From Balanoglossus misakiensis (Eukaryota; Animalia; Hemichordata), in contig CM082580.2 of assembly GCA_040954595.2 (NCBI GenBank), forward strand, positions 9,030,390 through 9,094,389: 64,000 bases of DNA, written 5' to 3'. Shown here piece after piece: positions 1 to 12,929 of this stretch (its first letter is position 1; each line of letters starts with the position of its first letter). Under the pieces are notes generated by a model. The model did no database searches. It saw nothing but the letters and a program-made list of their open reading frames with translations, and was not told the origin of the DNA. Made by a program: the position numbers and the translations under genes.

Positions 1-640
1 ATTATTCTCCGGGCCAAATAAGTTCTATTTCTGGTCGAAGTTTTAGCTCTCGTTTTCACATAAATGCTTTTAACTAATCCGTCTCTTATTTGTATCAATT
101 ACAAGTATTTCATCTTCGGCAAAACATTGAATGTTTGCCTCGGTTTGCCCACGGTAGCTGCCGCCTGTTGCCAAGCGACCATATGATATGACGCGGTTTA
201 CATAATCACACCAATCTTAATGCGTTAACTCGCCTCGTGCTATATAAACTCGAGATGAATTTCGTCGAATTTATTATTTTATTATTGCATGATTATTAGA
301 ATTGGGGCAAGTCTACCGAGAGGTCCAAAATGTCAACACAGTGTTTTGCACTTTGATATTCATTCACCAGTACCCCATTAAAGTTTATTTTTCAGTAAAC
401 TATTTTGTAATAACAATAACAGCTTGCTGTTCTATCATGTTTTGATGGGGGCGCTGTTGAAATGGACTAGTACCTCAAATTTGAATTCGCGGTATTTTCT
501 CCACATCGATGGGTCCAGTGCTCATATCATCACTGATGGCAAATTGAGATCTACCCAATCACAGATTTTCAGTTGGTGGCACACGCGAAAAAAGAGCGCC
601 GCCATACGTCATTTAGAACACGCCATTTTAGGCATGTATA

Positions 641-2251
641 GGCCGAGTTACACGAGGCAACTCGGCAGGCAACTCGGTAGGCAACTCGACGCGCAACCCG
701 AGTTGCCTACCGAGTTGCCTCGTGTGTATGATGTAGTCGCCTCAATGGAACGCGTCTGGCGACGTCGCCACAAAATCCGTCATGTCGGATTTTCGGGCGA
801 CGAGTTGCCTGACGCGCAATCGGTTGCCCCGCGTTACCACTTTGTCTCGAATAAATTTCGACATCTGCACATGCGAAAATGATGTTTATTTGTTATTTTC
901 CGAACCAGGAACTACAGACTGTAGACCTGTAGACTTCCGAAAATATTGGGGAATAAGTATTTGCTATGAAATCGGATATTTGTATGTGTTTATAGTTTAA
1001 TATTTCCATATAAACTCAAGTTTTGTTAAAGAAACTTTTAACTAATTATCTTGCCAGTGATGGTATAAAAAATAAACTACTATTCAGTTCCGCGAAAATG
1101 GTTATGATGATTGACTCGACATTGATTGCGTTTCCGATTTTGGGGGTACCGTAACCAAAAATCGTAACCGAATTTCAGAATAATAAAACGCCAGCTTATG
1201 ATTATCGCCCACAGTTCAAGAGTTCTTACACAACCAGTGTACATCATATATCTTTTGGGCAAAACACGTGTCTATTTCGCCCGGTCATATCAACTTATAA
1301 ATACAAATATAGTTCTATTTGTATAATTTTACATACAAACAAATCTTTCAATCAATATATTTCTTCTTAAAAATATACTTCGTTATTCTACAATGAAAAG
1401 TCTCACTTGCTTTGTTATTACTTTCACTGTATTTCGAAACACGAATTTTGTATATTATCTATAACGTTTTTACACATATTTTTCGCACATTTATATGATG
1501 TGCAGTTTGATAATTCAGTAATCTTAATGTTAAATTGCGCAACTTTCTTCAATTTCCCCATAATCTACTCCCCTGTCTTACAAGGATTTAAACTCGCCGG
1601 TTGATCTTTTATAAATAAAAAAATACTTGGTTTCAAGTACATTTTATATAAAATTTAATTAAACTTAAGTTACTCCTGTTCTATTAAAAAAAATTAAGTA
1701 ACGTTTAAATTTTGTCTAATTTGGTATCACGATTAAAAAATCCGTATTCATCAATTAAATTAAGCACCCAAGCTAGTTTTTCTTTCTTTTAATACTGATA
1801 TAGACTTGCATATCACCTGCTAACTGAGAACAAAAGATGTTTTTATTGATGAGGATACTGTTGAAGTGCGATACTAGTTAGTTTATTATGTCAATAGTAA
1901 TACATAGTGGAGAAAGTATACGTATTGTATGCAGTTGAAATTCGCAAACTTTTTTTTTTGTTTTTTCAAGAAAAAATACTCGGTCAGATGACCAGGTTGA
2001 TCAGCTAAATGACAAGAATAATATATGCATGCTGTTGCCAGAATAACCACCAAATATTTATGCATAATATCGAATAAAGATTGAATTGTCGATCGGTTAC
2101 TGAGGCGGCTGCACATGCGCAGCCACTGTTTACGCGCAGCTAGTTGCCAGTCGAGTCGCCCCGTGTAACTGTTCGATGTAGCGTCGCGACTGGCGTTGCG
2201 CGTCGAGTTGCCCACCGAGTTGCCTACCGAGTTGCCTCGTGTAACTCGGCC
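641..2251. mobile_element. Non-autonomous DNA transposon, PIF/Harbinger-like
   Basis: 57-bp TIRs (641-697 / 2195-2251, GGCCGAGTTACACGAGGCAACTCGG..., 2 mismatches) built from GGCAACTCG repeats; flanked by ATA / TTA (TWA-like 3-bp TSD, one mismatch); AT-rich interior with no credible ORF. It lies just upstream of the exon at 2298, probably in an intron. Confidence 0.8.
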
Positions 2252-2297
2252 TTATGGGCGTATGTAACACTTGGGCATAACTCCGCTTCTCCCGCAG

Positions 2298-4164
2298 AAC
2301 ACCACTATGGCAATGCGACGCCCCCTGTCGACGACGCCATGTCCGAGATAAGCTGCCCGGATGGCATGACCCTCTTCGGTTGTGCCTGTGATATAAAAGA
2401 CTGCGACGGGATCAAGCTCGGCCGAGGAATATGCAAGGCGTTCTCTAGGTTTGGACTTGCCGGAGATTACACAGCCGTGAGAGTAAGTAGCGCCGCCTAT
2501 CGGTGAGCGTGGTCTGTCCACGCGTATACACTTTGATGGATTTGATGAAGTGTACATTGTTTTATCTCGGAAAATTGACAAACTATACTGTTCCATCATT
2601 TCAACAAAGCGCAAACTGACGTGCAAAACATGTACCAGCGTTCACCTGCGTCATCTTGAGACATACGGCGCGATGATTCCAATAACTCCTTGAGGGGTGT
2701 ACGTGTCTTGATAAATTATTCAGTAACTGCGTATGTATTCGGGCATGTAACATCATGTCGACAATTTGGTTAAATCATCCCTGAAGGTGAGAGAGCTCCG
2801 AAGAAAAATTATTATAGTGTGTTCGATTAAACCTTTCATGTGAAATAAAATATTAACCGGGCTCTTAAGATAGCCTGAGTGACTCTGATTTATATGGGAT
2901 CTACTCAGTGCTTTCGCACCGGCACTATGATAGCCCGACAAGATTATAGTACGGAGGTAAAGCAATGCAATTACTTGTTTTTCTTTTATCTTGTTATGAC
3001 AGGCAGTTGCAAAATGTCGAGTGGGCAATTACGACGTACGGACGGTTCAATCGGATCAGGTTGACAATCCATCCGTCAGTTGTTCCAACGGTACCACCAT
3101 GGTGTCCTGTAACGTCTGGGATTCGTAAGTACAGTTCAGTTGCACCGACACACAGACAAATATCCTCCCCCAACGACTACAATCTTTTCGGCCACATGTT
3201 GGTCATGAAGCAACTGGTACGTTTAAAGACTACGGTCGCCGCCATCTTGTCTGCTGTTAGGACATGCGCACATACATTGGCACATGCGCACACGACGATC
3301 GTCGCCATTTAAAATGAACTCCCTCACAATAACTACTAGTATTGGTCTCACCAGTAGCTCTGTGCGGTGTGCCGATGTGAAAGTGGTTGACATGTTAAAA
3401 GACGTCTCAGATGATATACAGTTCATTTACATGTAAACGAAAAATACCAACCTTGAACGGAGAACAAAATTGACAATCCTACTACGAGTATAGAAGGGGA
3501 AGTTATTGACCTGTCAACGATGATGAGATCGCTGTTCTTTGTAATGACAGAATACAGACTATGGGTCGCTATTTTCAGGACGAAAAATCTTGGCAGATGT
3601 TTTGATAGCGACTAGCCGGCCATCAAATGTCTGATTCTTATTGCTTTTTATCTTTGGTGTGCGTAGAATTGTCTCAGAGTAATAATGCGTGTAAAAGCGG
3701 CTCTTTATTCGATATGTTCTTATATTCATTAAATGTCTTTGGGATAGTCAGCAACCCAACCAGCAAACTAAGTCTATGAGGATATTACAGTGAACATAGC
3801 AGCATAGATAAGCCATAATAGCAACAAACTAAACTAACCAAAATAATTATATAGACGAGAGACTCTATCCCTTTAATATTGTAGCAAGCTTATGGTATCA
3901 TTAGAGGTGTTCAGTCATTTTTTTTTTTAATTTTCAGGTGGTCCACTGATGTGTTGGAATATGAAGATCGTATTAAATACGGCAAAGGGATTGCAAATGA
4001 CCAGCAGTGTTCCTGGGGAAAGTGTGGATCGCCGACCAAGGGTTGCAAAGTGTATGCAAGGTGTTTAACAGGTACGTATCTCGGATGCTTGCTATTTTCT
4101 TGTAATGATCAATATGCACGACGGTGACTGAATATCACCATGTTTTTTTTCAGGGACCATATGA
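2298..4164 (+). CDS. 3' part of a Cys-rich protein with two PCSK9-C-terminal/resistin-like modules (5' exons outside the window); paralog of the gene at 6133
   Basis: GT-AG exons 2298-2482, 3003-3124, 3938-4071 and probably 4154-4164 join in frame: ...SCPDGMTLFGCACDIKDCDGIKLGRGICKAFSRFGLAGDYTAVR|AVAKC...SCSNGTTMVSCNVWDS|WSTD...GCKVYARCLT|GTI*. Exon phases and Cys spacing match exons 3-5 of the next gene. The last exon is uncertain (alternative 5032-5102). Confidence 0.75.
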
Positions 4165-6132
4165 CGGATCGAAAGAGCTGTGTGCCCGTGCGCAAACGAG
4201 CGCCCCCAACTACCGAAGTGGTTATTTTCTATCTGCATGCCGTCGACGGTTTTGATGTGCTGCATGCAGGCTGTACGTGCGCTCGACCATCGAGAGCCAG
4301 GAACTGAGACCACCCTGTTTAGCTATCGGTATTCTAACACCGCAAACCACATTTGTGTTTACTTTCGGGGAATCATAGCGCCTATACTTAGGTGGAGAGT
4401 TTAGGGACTGTAGGTGACGACCGGTGATGCGAGCGCAAACCGTCCGTCTGGCACGCTTTTTCACGTCACAGAAGATCACATTTTCTACATCGAGATAACT
4501 TGAAGCTGGAAATATGATCAGAGACTTTTAGAAATTGAAACTTTGTTTGTTTCAAAGACAACATTACATTACAAGACCACCGCATTGTGAAGTACGACGA
4601 AGAAACTTAACAAGTGTAGATCTCTTTTGTAAAACCGTCCATCCCTCAAATATGATAAGAGTCGAGGGCTTTTCCCTATCATATTGAACCGGTACAGTAT
4701 TTTCCCGAGGGGTATACTACCTTAACGAGCCAAAGTAGACTTTCGCACATCAATAAGAAAACGATAGATACATTATGTACTTCGTAAACTCAGGATTTTA
4801 ACAATGTATAGACGTAAATTTAATGTCACGTGTTCTGTTATAATGTTAAGGTAGCTTGTATTTCGTTCAGCACTGCGAAAATTTACTTTTAACGCATGTA
4901 TATTTATTTCATCGTCGTTAGAGATGACATCTCGGGTGTAAATCAGAACAATGCATATATTCACTTCTGTATTCAGTTAACATTTATTCATTTCATTTTG
5001 TCATGTCAACATTCTTGTTATGTCTTTTAAGATGGACAAACTCAACACCGACGTTTGTTCTCAATACAATGTTTCGCTAGTGAAGTTCATCCAGGGAGTT
5101 GAGTATGTAATTGTGCTGAACAAGTCGACAAACACCAAGTCACACACATCTGCTGGGGATAAATACATGTAATATCGACCGCCCTCGACTCGTGATTTTA
5201 TTCCTGGTCACTGAGGAATGACACTTGACAAATCGCAGCGATAAATCGTGCCATTATACTGTATGAAGTGGGCCATGCTTGTCTAGTATTTCAAGATCTC
5301 GTTTTCTGCATCACCGACTGACTAACCGACTTTCCCCCCGTCAGCCGCTGAGTACGATTGGCAATGTGCTGTGGAGGGGCTCGATCGATGAAGACTTCAT
5401 CTTACAAAGTCGACGTCCTTTCAACCTGTTCTTCTACGACTGATTAAATACTCCCCGCACTTTTTTTTTCTATTTTAAAGTGGTATCCTTCATTTACACA
5501 GATGTCGGGGGAACTTGGTGGGATTTAGAATATTGAAAATAGAAGTTGTAAAATAGTATCACACGTTCTCGCGAGTTCTGACAAGAATTCAACCTAATTG
5601 AGCGCGGAAACGAGTGCACGAATGCTTCAGTTTCTCAGAGGTGCCGCAAACGTTCGTGTCACAGCGGATATTCAATCTGCGGAGCCCTATTGCATTAACG
5701 TTGACATTTAAATAACTATGTGGTAGTCATAGCAGCCGTGGCGTTCATTGGCAGCTTGTGCTACTGAATCTCATTAGAACGCCGCCACCTGTGGAAGGCG
5801 GTCACCTCTAAAATTTGGTTTGACCTGCACTCGAGAGACTTGAGGAAGAAAACAAATATAACTGGATCCACCCAATGTTTGATTTTGATTTGATTAAGCG
5901 GTCCCTTACTGACATTCGATATTAATTGGAGAGCATTGAGTAAGTTGCAACTTCCATGCCATTAGAGCCAGGTGCGCGAATCGGCTGGGAGGTTTTTTGT
6001 ACCTTGAATCAGACCGCCATCGCCAATCTCGCAGTTGGGCTGTTTGATAGCCTCCACGTCTCGGAGTGTATGCCTTAGCACCTGTCGCGTTATCCTCCAA
6101 GTATATGCAACAAAGGGAGTAATGCTAAAGCG

Positions 6133-9123
6133 ATGGCGATGGTGTCGTTCAGGCTTCCGCTGCTGTGTTTTTTCTGCTTCGCTGGTGGGACGCCGGGCGC
6201 GGCCGTTGCATGTGACCTGAGCGGTGACGACGGCACGGCGGTGGAGGACGGCGACGGCGGCGGGACTGCCAACCTCTTCAGGACGTTTAGCGTCGTGGAG
6301 TGCGCGGTTCGGTGTCTGCGCAGCGCGGACTGCGAAACATTTTCCTACAGGAGGGGAACGAGTGTGTGTGAACTACTTGACGTGCCATACGAAGCCGTCG
6401 ACACCGATGATGACGCGTTCATCAGGTACTTTCCACGCCCGGACCAGGTGAGTGTATAATCTCGTTTTGGGACGCGTTCGGGGCGTTTTGTGTCCTCGAG
6501 TCTCTCCTGCCTTTCGCTTCAAGAGGAAAAAAAGACACGTTTCCACAAGTATGATACCTGTACGTGATAGTTTTGCAATGGACCTGCAGAGCCTCCGTCG
6601 GGACGTGAACTTGAAGAAAACCTTACTTGTATTCTATACTGGCCAATGTTAATCACGAACCAATATCCGCGTGGAGTGAAACATTACCCGTCAAGTAAAA
6701 TTCTAATTCTCAGAAGAGACGTCTTAGAATGTGTCCATGTTCTCGTCTTAGAATGAGTCCATGTTCACTTAACTTTTTCCCCTACCCTGATAACAATTAC
6801 AAATATTTTAAACAATTTTGATCACGAACGTCCAAGGAGCTCAATTGTAAAGTGAAAATTAATCAATGTTGCAATTAATGTTGCAATGAAGGCGTCACCG
6901 TAAAAATGTCGATGTAAAAAATTTATATTCTGTCTGTTTCCGCAGGACACATTCAATCATCGTTCTGACGTCTGCATGTCGTCATCTCCGTGCCAAAACG
7001 GTGGCATCTGTGAAGCGGACTGCGGTGCGGAGGGATACATTTGCCGGTGTAATGCACTCTGGACGGGGAGGAATTGCCAAGATAAAGTGCCATACGGTGA
7101 GAATACAGCGGTAATTGTTAATTTTCAAAGAGAAATTATCATCGCATCGACTAAAATTAAGACTTTGTAAGCTAGAACTTTGAAAATTTTTGACTTTGTA
7201 GGCTGTATAACGTAAGAACCACGATTTTTCGGTAAGAACCACGGCTATGCATGAAACTGACTATCTAAGTACATTGATGATTTGAGAGAGCTATAGAGCG
7301 ACAATTGAATCCCAAAATTTCCATATTCACCTAAACTCTCTGCTTTCAAGGTTAATTCTATGAAAAAAATCGTGTTTCTGAAACGATGTCCTTGGGGTGC
7401 ATATTACTAAAAAAAAATAAGAGGATTACAAAATGTAATGAATTAGCATTAGACATTCATGGGATGATGAGTTTTACCGGAGAGTAGTTTTCATGAATGA
7501 GACGAAATCTATGTGTCATATTTGCTCTATAAATATTAATTCACCTCTGGGACTCAACCAACTCCTAAGGGTGTCACGTCAAAGCTATAGCATGCGCACT
7601 GTTATTAAATCATGCTGGTCAATTATGTTAGTGATTTGGTGACAGTGCTTAAAGATATGAAGTACCCTTGACAACCATATGGCGGGGTTGATTGTAAATC
7701 CTTACCTTCATTTTTTACCGGACGCCATCGCTCCCAAGTGACTAAATGCACATCAGAGCAAAGTCACTGAAAAACTCTGTTCACAGTTTCCACCTTTATC
7801 TTAGAAGTATACATGTTGATGGGAACCAAGAACCAACTATGGTTTCTAATTCCTTGCAATGCACTTAATGTTTGCATTTTTTTGTTGTTGTTAAATTTCA
7901 GAATATTTCCTCGGACCCGTCGTTGCAGACGTCGACGACGCTGAGTCTGTGGCGCCCTGTCCGTCGGGGATGACGACGATGTCGTGCGAATGCGATCAAG
8001 AACTGTGTGATGGTGTCAAGTACACAGATGATTCCGTCTGCGTATCAGTGAACGCCAAAATCCGTGATGGCATCTCCACCAGGGTAGGCCAATTCACACC
8101 AAATTAAAGGGCGACGATCGTCTTGTGCGCATTGAACCAGAGACTCTTGGTTACAAAAAATTGCATACAGTCAGTGCCAAAACTGAGGCAGTGTGCTGTC
8201 CTAAAAACAGACAAGATGGCGGCAGCCATAGTCTGTGTCGGAGTACGGTGAAAAGACAGCAAATTCGGTGAAAAGAAGGGATAAAACTAAGGTCAACTGA
8301 TACGATGCGCGTGAAACATGAAAGGAAGCGAAGACGGTGTACTATTTGAATGTGTCGAAACACAAAATTTGCAGGACGTTTAGATTGGATGTAATGTTTG
8401 TACACATGAAATTATACGCACATGCTCATAAGACGATCGTTGCAGCACCACCTTTAGTATCTCCGAGCTGCAGCAAATAAGGAGTAAATAAACAGCCATG
8501 TAGGCGCTGTGAAGTGTGCTTCAGTCACTATTTTGTTAAATTAATGTGGAATTAATCGTTTTTATTTCCCAAAGGCCGTTGTCGGGTGTTTAAGAGGTCT
8601 TCATAACGTCTTCACCGTGAGTTCATCGACTCTTCAACCTGTCATACAAGTTACATGCCCACCTGGCACCTATCTTGTATCTTGTTCCGTACGCGACGCG
8701 TAAGTAACACGTATAGAGTATTTTATATTCTACTATGTTCAATTGTATTTCGATGTATACAATTCACATCGACGGGTTCATTTCTTGTGCCAAGAACAGA
8801 CACATATCCTGGTGATCACAATAGCATCACACTCGATCGTATCCGGCCTCATTGGACACCAAAAGAAGACCTGAACTCTAAACGTTTAATATGAAATGTT
8901 CGCACTATGAGGCCTATGGTTATAACACTCCCAAAGCAGGGCCGTGTGTAACATTTTCTTCGTATCCAACAGGTACACGCATCAGATCCCGGAAGAAAGG
9001 CGGCATAAGCACGGTGTCGGGTTGATGGATGGTTCGACGTGCTACTGGTTGTGGGAAAGATGTGGTGATTACCCTGATCGGGGGTGTGTAGTTCACGCAA
9101 GATGCTATCAAAGTGGATATTGA
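6133..9123 (+). CDS. Secreted protein of about 307 aa: signal peptide, PAN/Apple, EGF-like, two PCSK9-C-terminal/resistin-like modules
   Basis: Exons 6133-6447, 6946-7096, 7902-8083, 8575-8699, 8973-9123, all GT-AG and in frame. PAN motif ECAVRCLRSADCETFSY..CEL; EGF CMSSSPCQNGGICEADC...YICRCNALWTGRNC; modules APCPSGMTTMSCECDQELCDG...C...AVVGC and TCPPGTYLVSCSV...GCVVHARC. Confidence 0.8.
6721..6768. repeat. 24-bp tandem duplication in an intron
   Basis: GTCTTAGAATGTGTCCATGTTCTC followed by GTCTTAGAATGAGTCCATGTTCAC. Confidence 0.8.
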
Positions 9124-9570
9124 GTGTGTGTTTTTATACAATAACATATAAATGTGTATTTGTTCATAGACATCTACTGTGGTTGAACAAACCGTAGATT
9201 ATGGCAATGATTTTATATCGACAAATCAAGTTGTAAAGTTGAAGGAAGTTACCTGCAGGACCAAATACGAAATAGACAAGCCCACCAGCCGCTTTGGGAT
9301 TTTTTTGTCTTTATAAAGATTCGGTTGTTCGATGTCTCGTAATTTTTAACAAATACTTACCAAAACTCATATCATATTCAGCGCGCATTGGAAAAGGTGA
9401 TAGCGTGCCCTGCGCTTGGGAGGCAACTACTTTGCATTTACACTATGCCCACATTGACACCTCGCATCATCACCACTCGCTGCACTCGGCCATGTAGATT
9501 AGCTCGACTGTATAGATATGTAAATGATCCACGGTGTTCGCTTACCCGTTCGTAATACGGCTATATATAG

Positions 9571-9936
<366 letters not shown>

Positions 9937-9964
9937 ATTTTACACAACAAAATCCAAACCAAAC

Positions 9965-10010
9965 GGCCCTTTTCAGGGCCACCACATACTCCAAAAAGAG
10001 AACTACCGTA
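9965..10010 (+). promoter_or_regulatory. Histone 3' stem-loop and histone downstream element (H4)
   Basis: GGCCCT TTTC AGGGCC ACCA followed by purine-rich AAAAAGAGAACTACCGTA. Confidence 0.97.
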
Positions 10011-10822
10011 TCATAACAGCAGTACATGTAATATGTTAGAACATGTCTTTTGAATGACGAATTTCATTCTTTCAGATCATAGTGGTCGAATGTGACAGAT
10101 AATGCGTATACTAGTATTCCCAATGTTGTAAAACTGGAAATATATCATGAAATGATTTAATATGTTCAGCTTTTGCATAAAGTACTACAAAATGTAGTAT
10201 CAAATGATGGTACTGGTGTAAGTGCCAATGTGCTAAAGCCGAGAAAATGAAATATTGGCCAATGGCACGAGATGTATTCGCATATAACCCTATATTGAAT
10301 TCGTGCACTTTTTACTAACTCTTCCCTACATATAACTCAAAAGACAACGCAGTTTTACGCAGGTGATTTGTAATACAAGGGAATGTACAATCATTTTCCT
10401 TCAAAGTCATCACACTCTGGCCAACATTCGTCAGTCAAAACTTCTAGAAACGCCTTTGGGAGTGTTACTGAATAACAATGGATGGGATGGGTGGCAATGG
10501 CTGCGAAGGAAATGAATACATGTAGTGGAAATCGTAAGCAGTTGTCACCTTTTTAAAATCACAGACCCTCGACAGCCAATAAAAACAGAGACACTGTGGG
10601 TATTAGCACGGTCACTCATACCCACCCTGGTATGAGACGTCAACAATTATAATTAACGTAATACGAAAAATGAGGAAAACCGCATTGATTAGGCCATCTC
10701 TGCTTTTTGTTTGCTGAATTTCTCTCAGTGTGTGTGTGTGTTTCTTTAATAATAATCATTATGTATGTACTAAACGTATCGTTTTATCTGGTAATATGAG
10801 ATATTGTGAAAGTGTATGGGTA

Positions 10823-10868
10823 TACGGTAGTTCTCTTTTTGAAGGATGTGGTGGCCCTGACAAGGGCC
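10823..10868 (-). promoter_or_regulatory. Histone 3' stem-loop and HDE (H2B), loop variant TGTC
   Basis: Minus strand GGCCCT TGTC AGGGCC ACCA...AAAAAGAGAACTACCGTA. Confidence 0.95.
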
Positions 10869-10897
10869 GTTTTGTATGTGTATGCTGGGCATACGAT

Positions 10898-11263
10898 TTA
10901 CTTGGAACTGGTGTATTTAGTGACGGCTTTGGTGCCCTCACTGACGGCGTGCTTGGCAAGTTCACCGGGCAACAGGAGACGGACAGCGGTCTGGATCTCT
11001 CTGCTGGTGATGGTGGAACGTTTGTTGTATTGGGCCAAGCGTGAGGCTTCAGCGGCGATTCGCTCGAAGATGTCGTTGACAAAGCTGTTCATGATGGACA
11101 TGGCTTTGGAGGAGACACCAGTATCGGGGTGGACCTGTTTGAGGACCTTGTAGATGTAGATACCATAGCTTTCCTTCCTGCGTCTCTTCCTCTTTTTGTC
11201 CCCGGTACGTGTGGCTTTTGGCTGACCGGCCTTCTTAGCTGCTTTACCGCTTGATTTAGGCAT
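10898..11263 (-). CDS. H2B: Histone H2B
   Basis: [13 protein letters not shown]...[27 protein letters not shown]...AVTKYTSSK; ATG at 11263; intronless. Confidence 0.99.
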   Translation of the reverse strand: MPKSSGKAAKKAGQPKATRTGDKKRKRRRKESYGIYIYKVLKQVHPDTGVSSKAMSIMNSFVNDIFERIAAEASRLAQYNKRSTITSREIQTAVRLLLPGELAKHAVSEGTKAVTKYTSSK

Positions 11264-11962
<699 letters not shown>

Positions 11963-11991
11963 ATCGTATGCCCAGCATACACAAACCAAAC

Positions 11992-12037
11992 GGCCCTTTT
12001 CAGGGCCACCACATACTCCAAAAAGAGAACTACCGTA
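11992..12037 (+). promoter_or_regulatory. Histone 3' stem-loop and HDE (H2A)
   Basis: GGCCCTTTTCAGGGCCACCA...AAAAAGAGAACTACCGTA. Confidence 0.97.
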
Positions 12038-12649
12038 ACAACTTTATTCCATTTTTTTCTATTATGAATCTCTCTGTGTTCAAACGACAAACTTGAAACT
12101 TCCCACCATAGTCAATTCTTGAAAACACGTGCATGGCATTGACTGATTACGGCACACAATATTTTCGTGTCATTACTTTTGGAAACCTAACTAAAATTCA
12201 TACAAAAATGTACTTTGGCGTGTTGTCGTGGAAACGTTGACTAGTTCCTGCCAGCCGAGTAGCAACAACAGGATATCATTAAAAGTTTCAGTTGTATTTT
12301 AGGATACGAGTTACATGTACCAGGATGTCGTTGAAGCCATGGTCGTGCGAAATGAAATTTGAAAGTGACATTTTCACGTCTATTTATTAACAGAGAAAAG
12401 AAAAATTTACGGGTATTTAACACTTCATTATTAACAGTTCGCAGCTTCACAATAGACCATTGTTTTAAATGGTATATTCCAACGTGTTCATTGAAAATGG
12501 GCACATCATAGCAATTCTATATTTAACGGGGAAAAAATCAAGGTCTAAGTTGGTGACTGTTCTATAAATACACGCATTTTGCTTTTCGCTGGTATATTAC
12601 GTAACGACTCACCAGAGCATGTAGTCTCCGTGACAAGCACGTGAACGGG

Positions 12650-12816
12650 CTAGACTCTCTAACAGCCCACGATTCGCTACAAGCCTACAAGGCTCTTCAC
12701 TGACGGCCCTCAACCGTTTGGCAAGGGAGAAGCACCGTTTGGTGTTGTGTCCGGGCACACATGCAATCAGTCCATAAGCCTGCATGGACGACGAGAGGGG
12801 CTGTGAGAGAGTCTAG
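12650..12816. mobile_element. MITE with target-site duplication, about 110 bp upstream of the phosphatase ATG
   Basis: TIR CTAGACTCTCT(A/C)ACAGCCC; flanked by a perfect direct repeat TGAACGGG (8 bp, or GTGAACGGGC 10 bp if the element ends TAG...CTA). Confidence 0.85.
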
Positions 12817-12929
12817 TGAACGGGCATACTCCATTGAGCAATACTCATTGATCGTTTACGAAACAAATCTCTTGTAATCAATATAGCCACGCGGAAATAC
12901 AATAAAAAATCGGCGATATCAAAAAAGAC

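Noticed and set aside
424-882. 152-aa ORF with RQLGRQLGRQL repeats
   Set aside because: It is a translation of the transposon TIR repeats, with a non-ATG start and no recognisable domain
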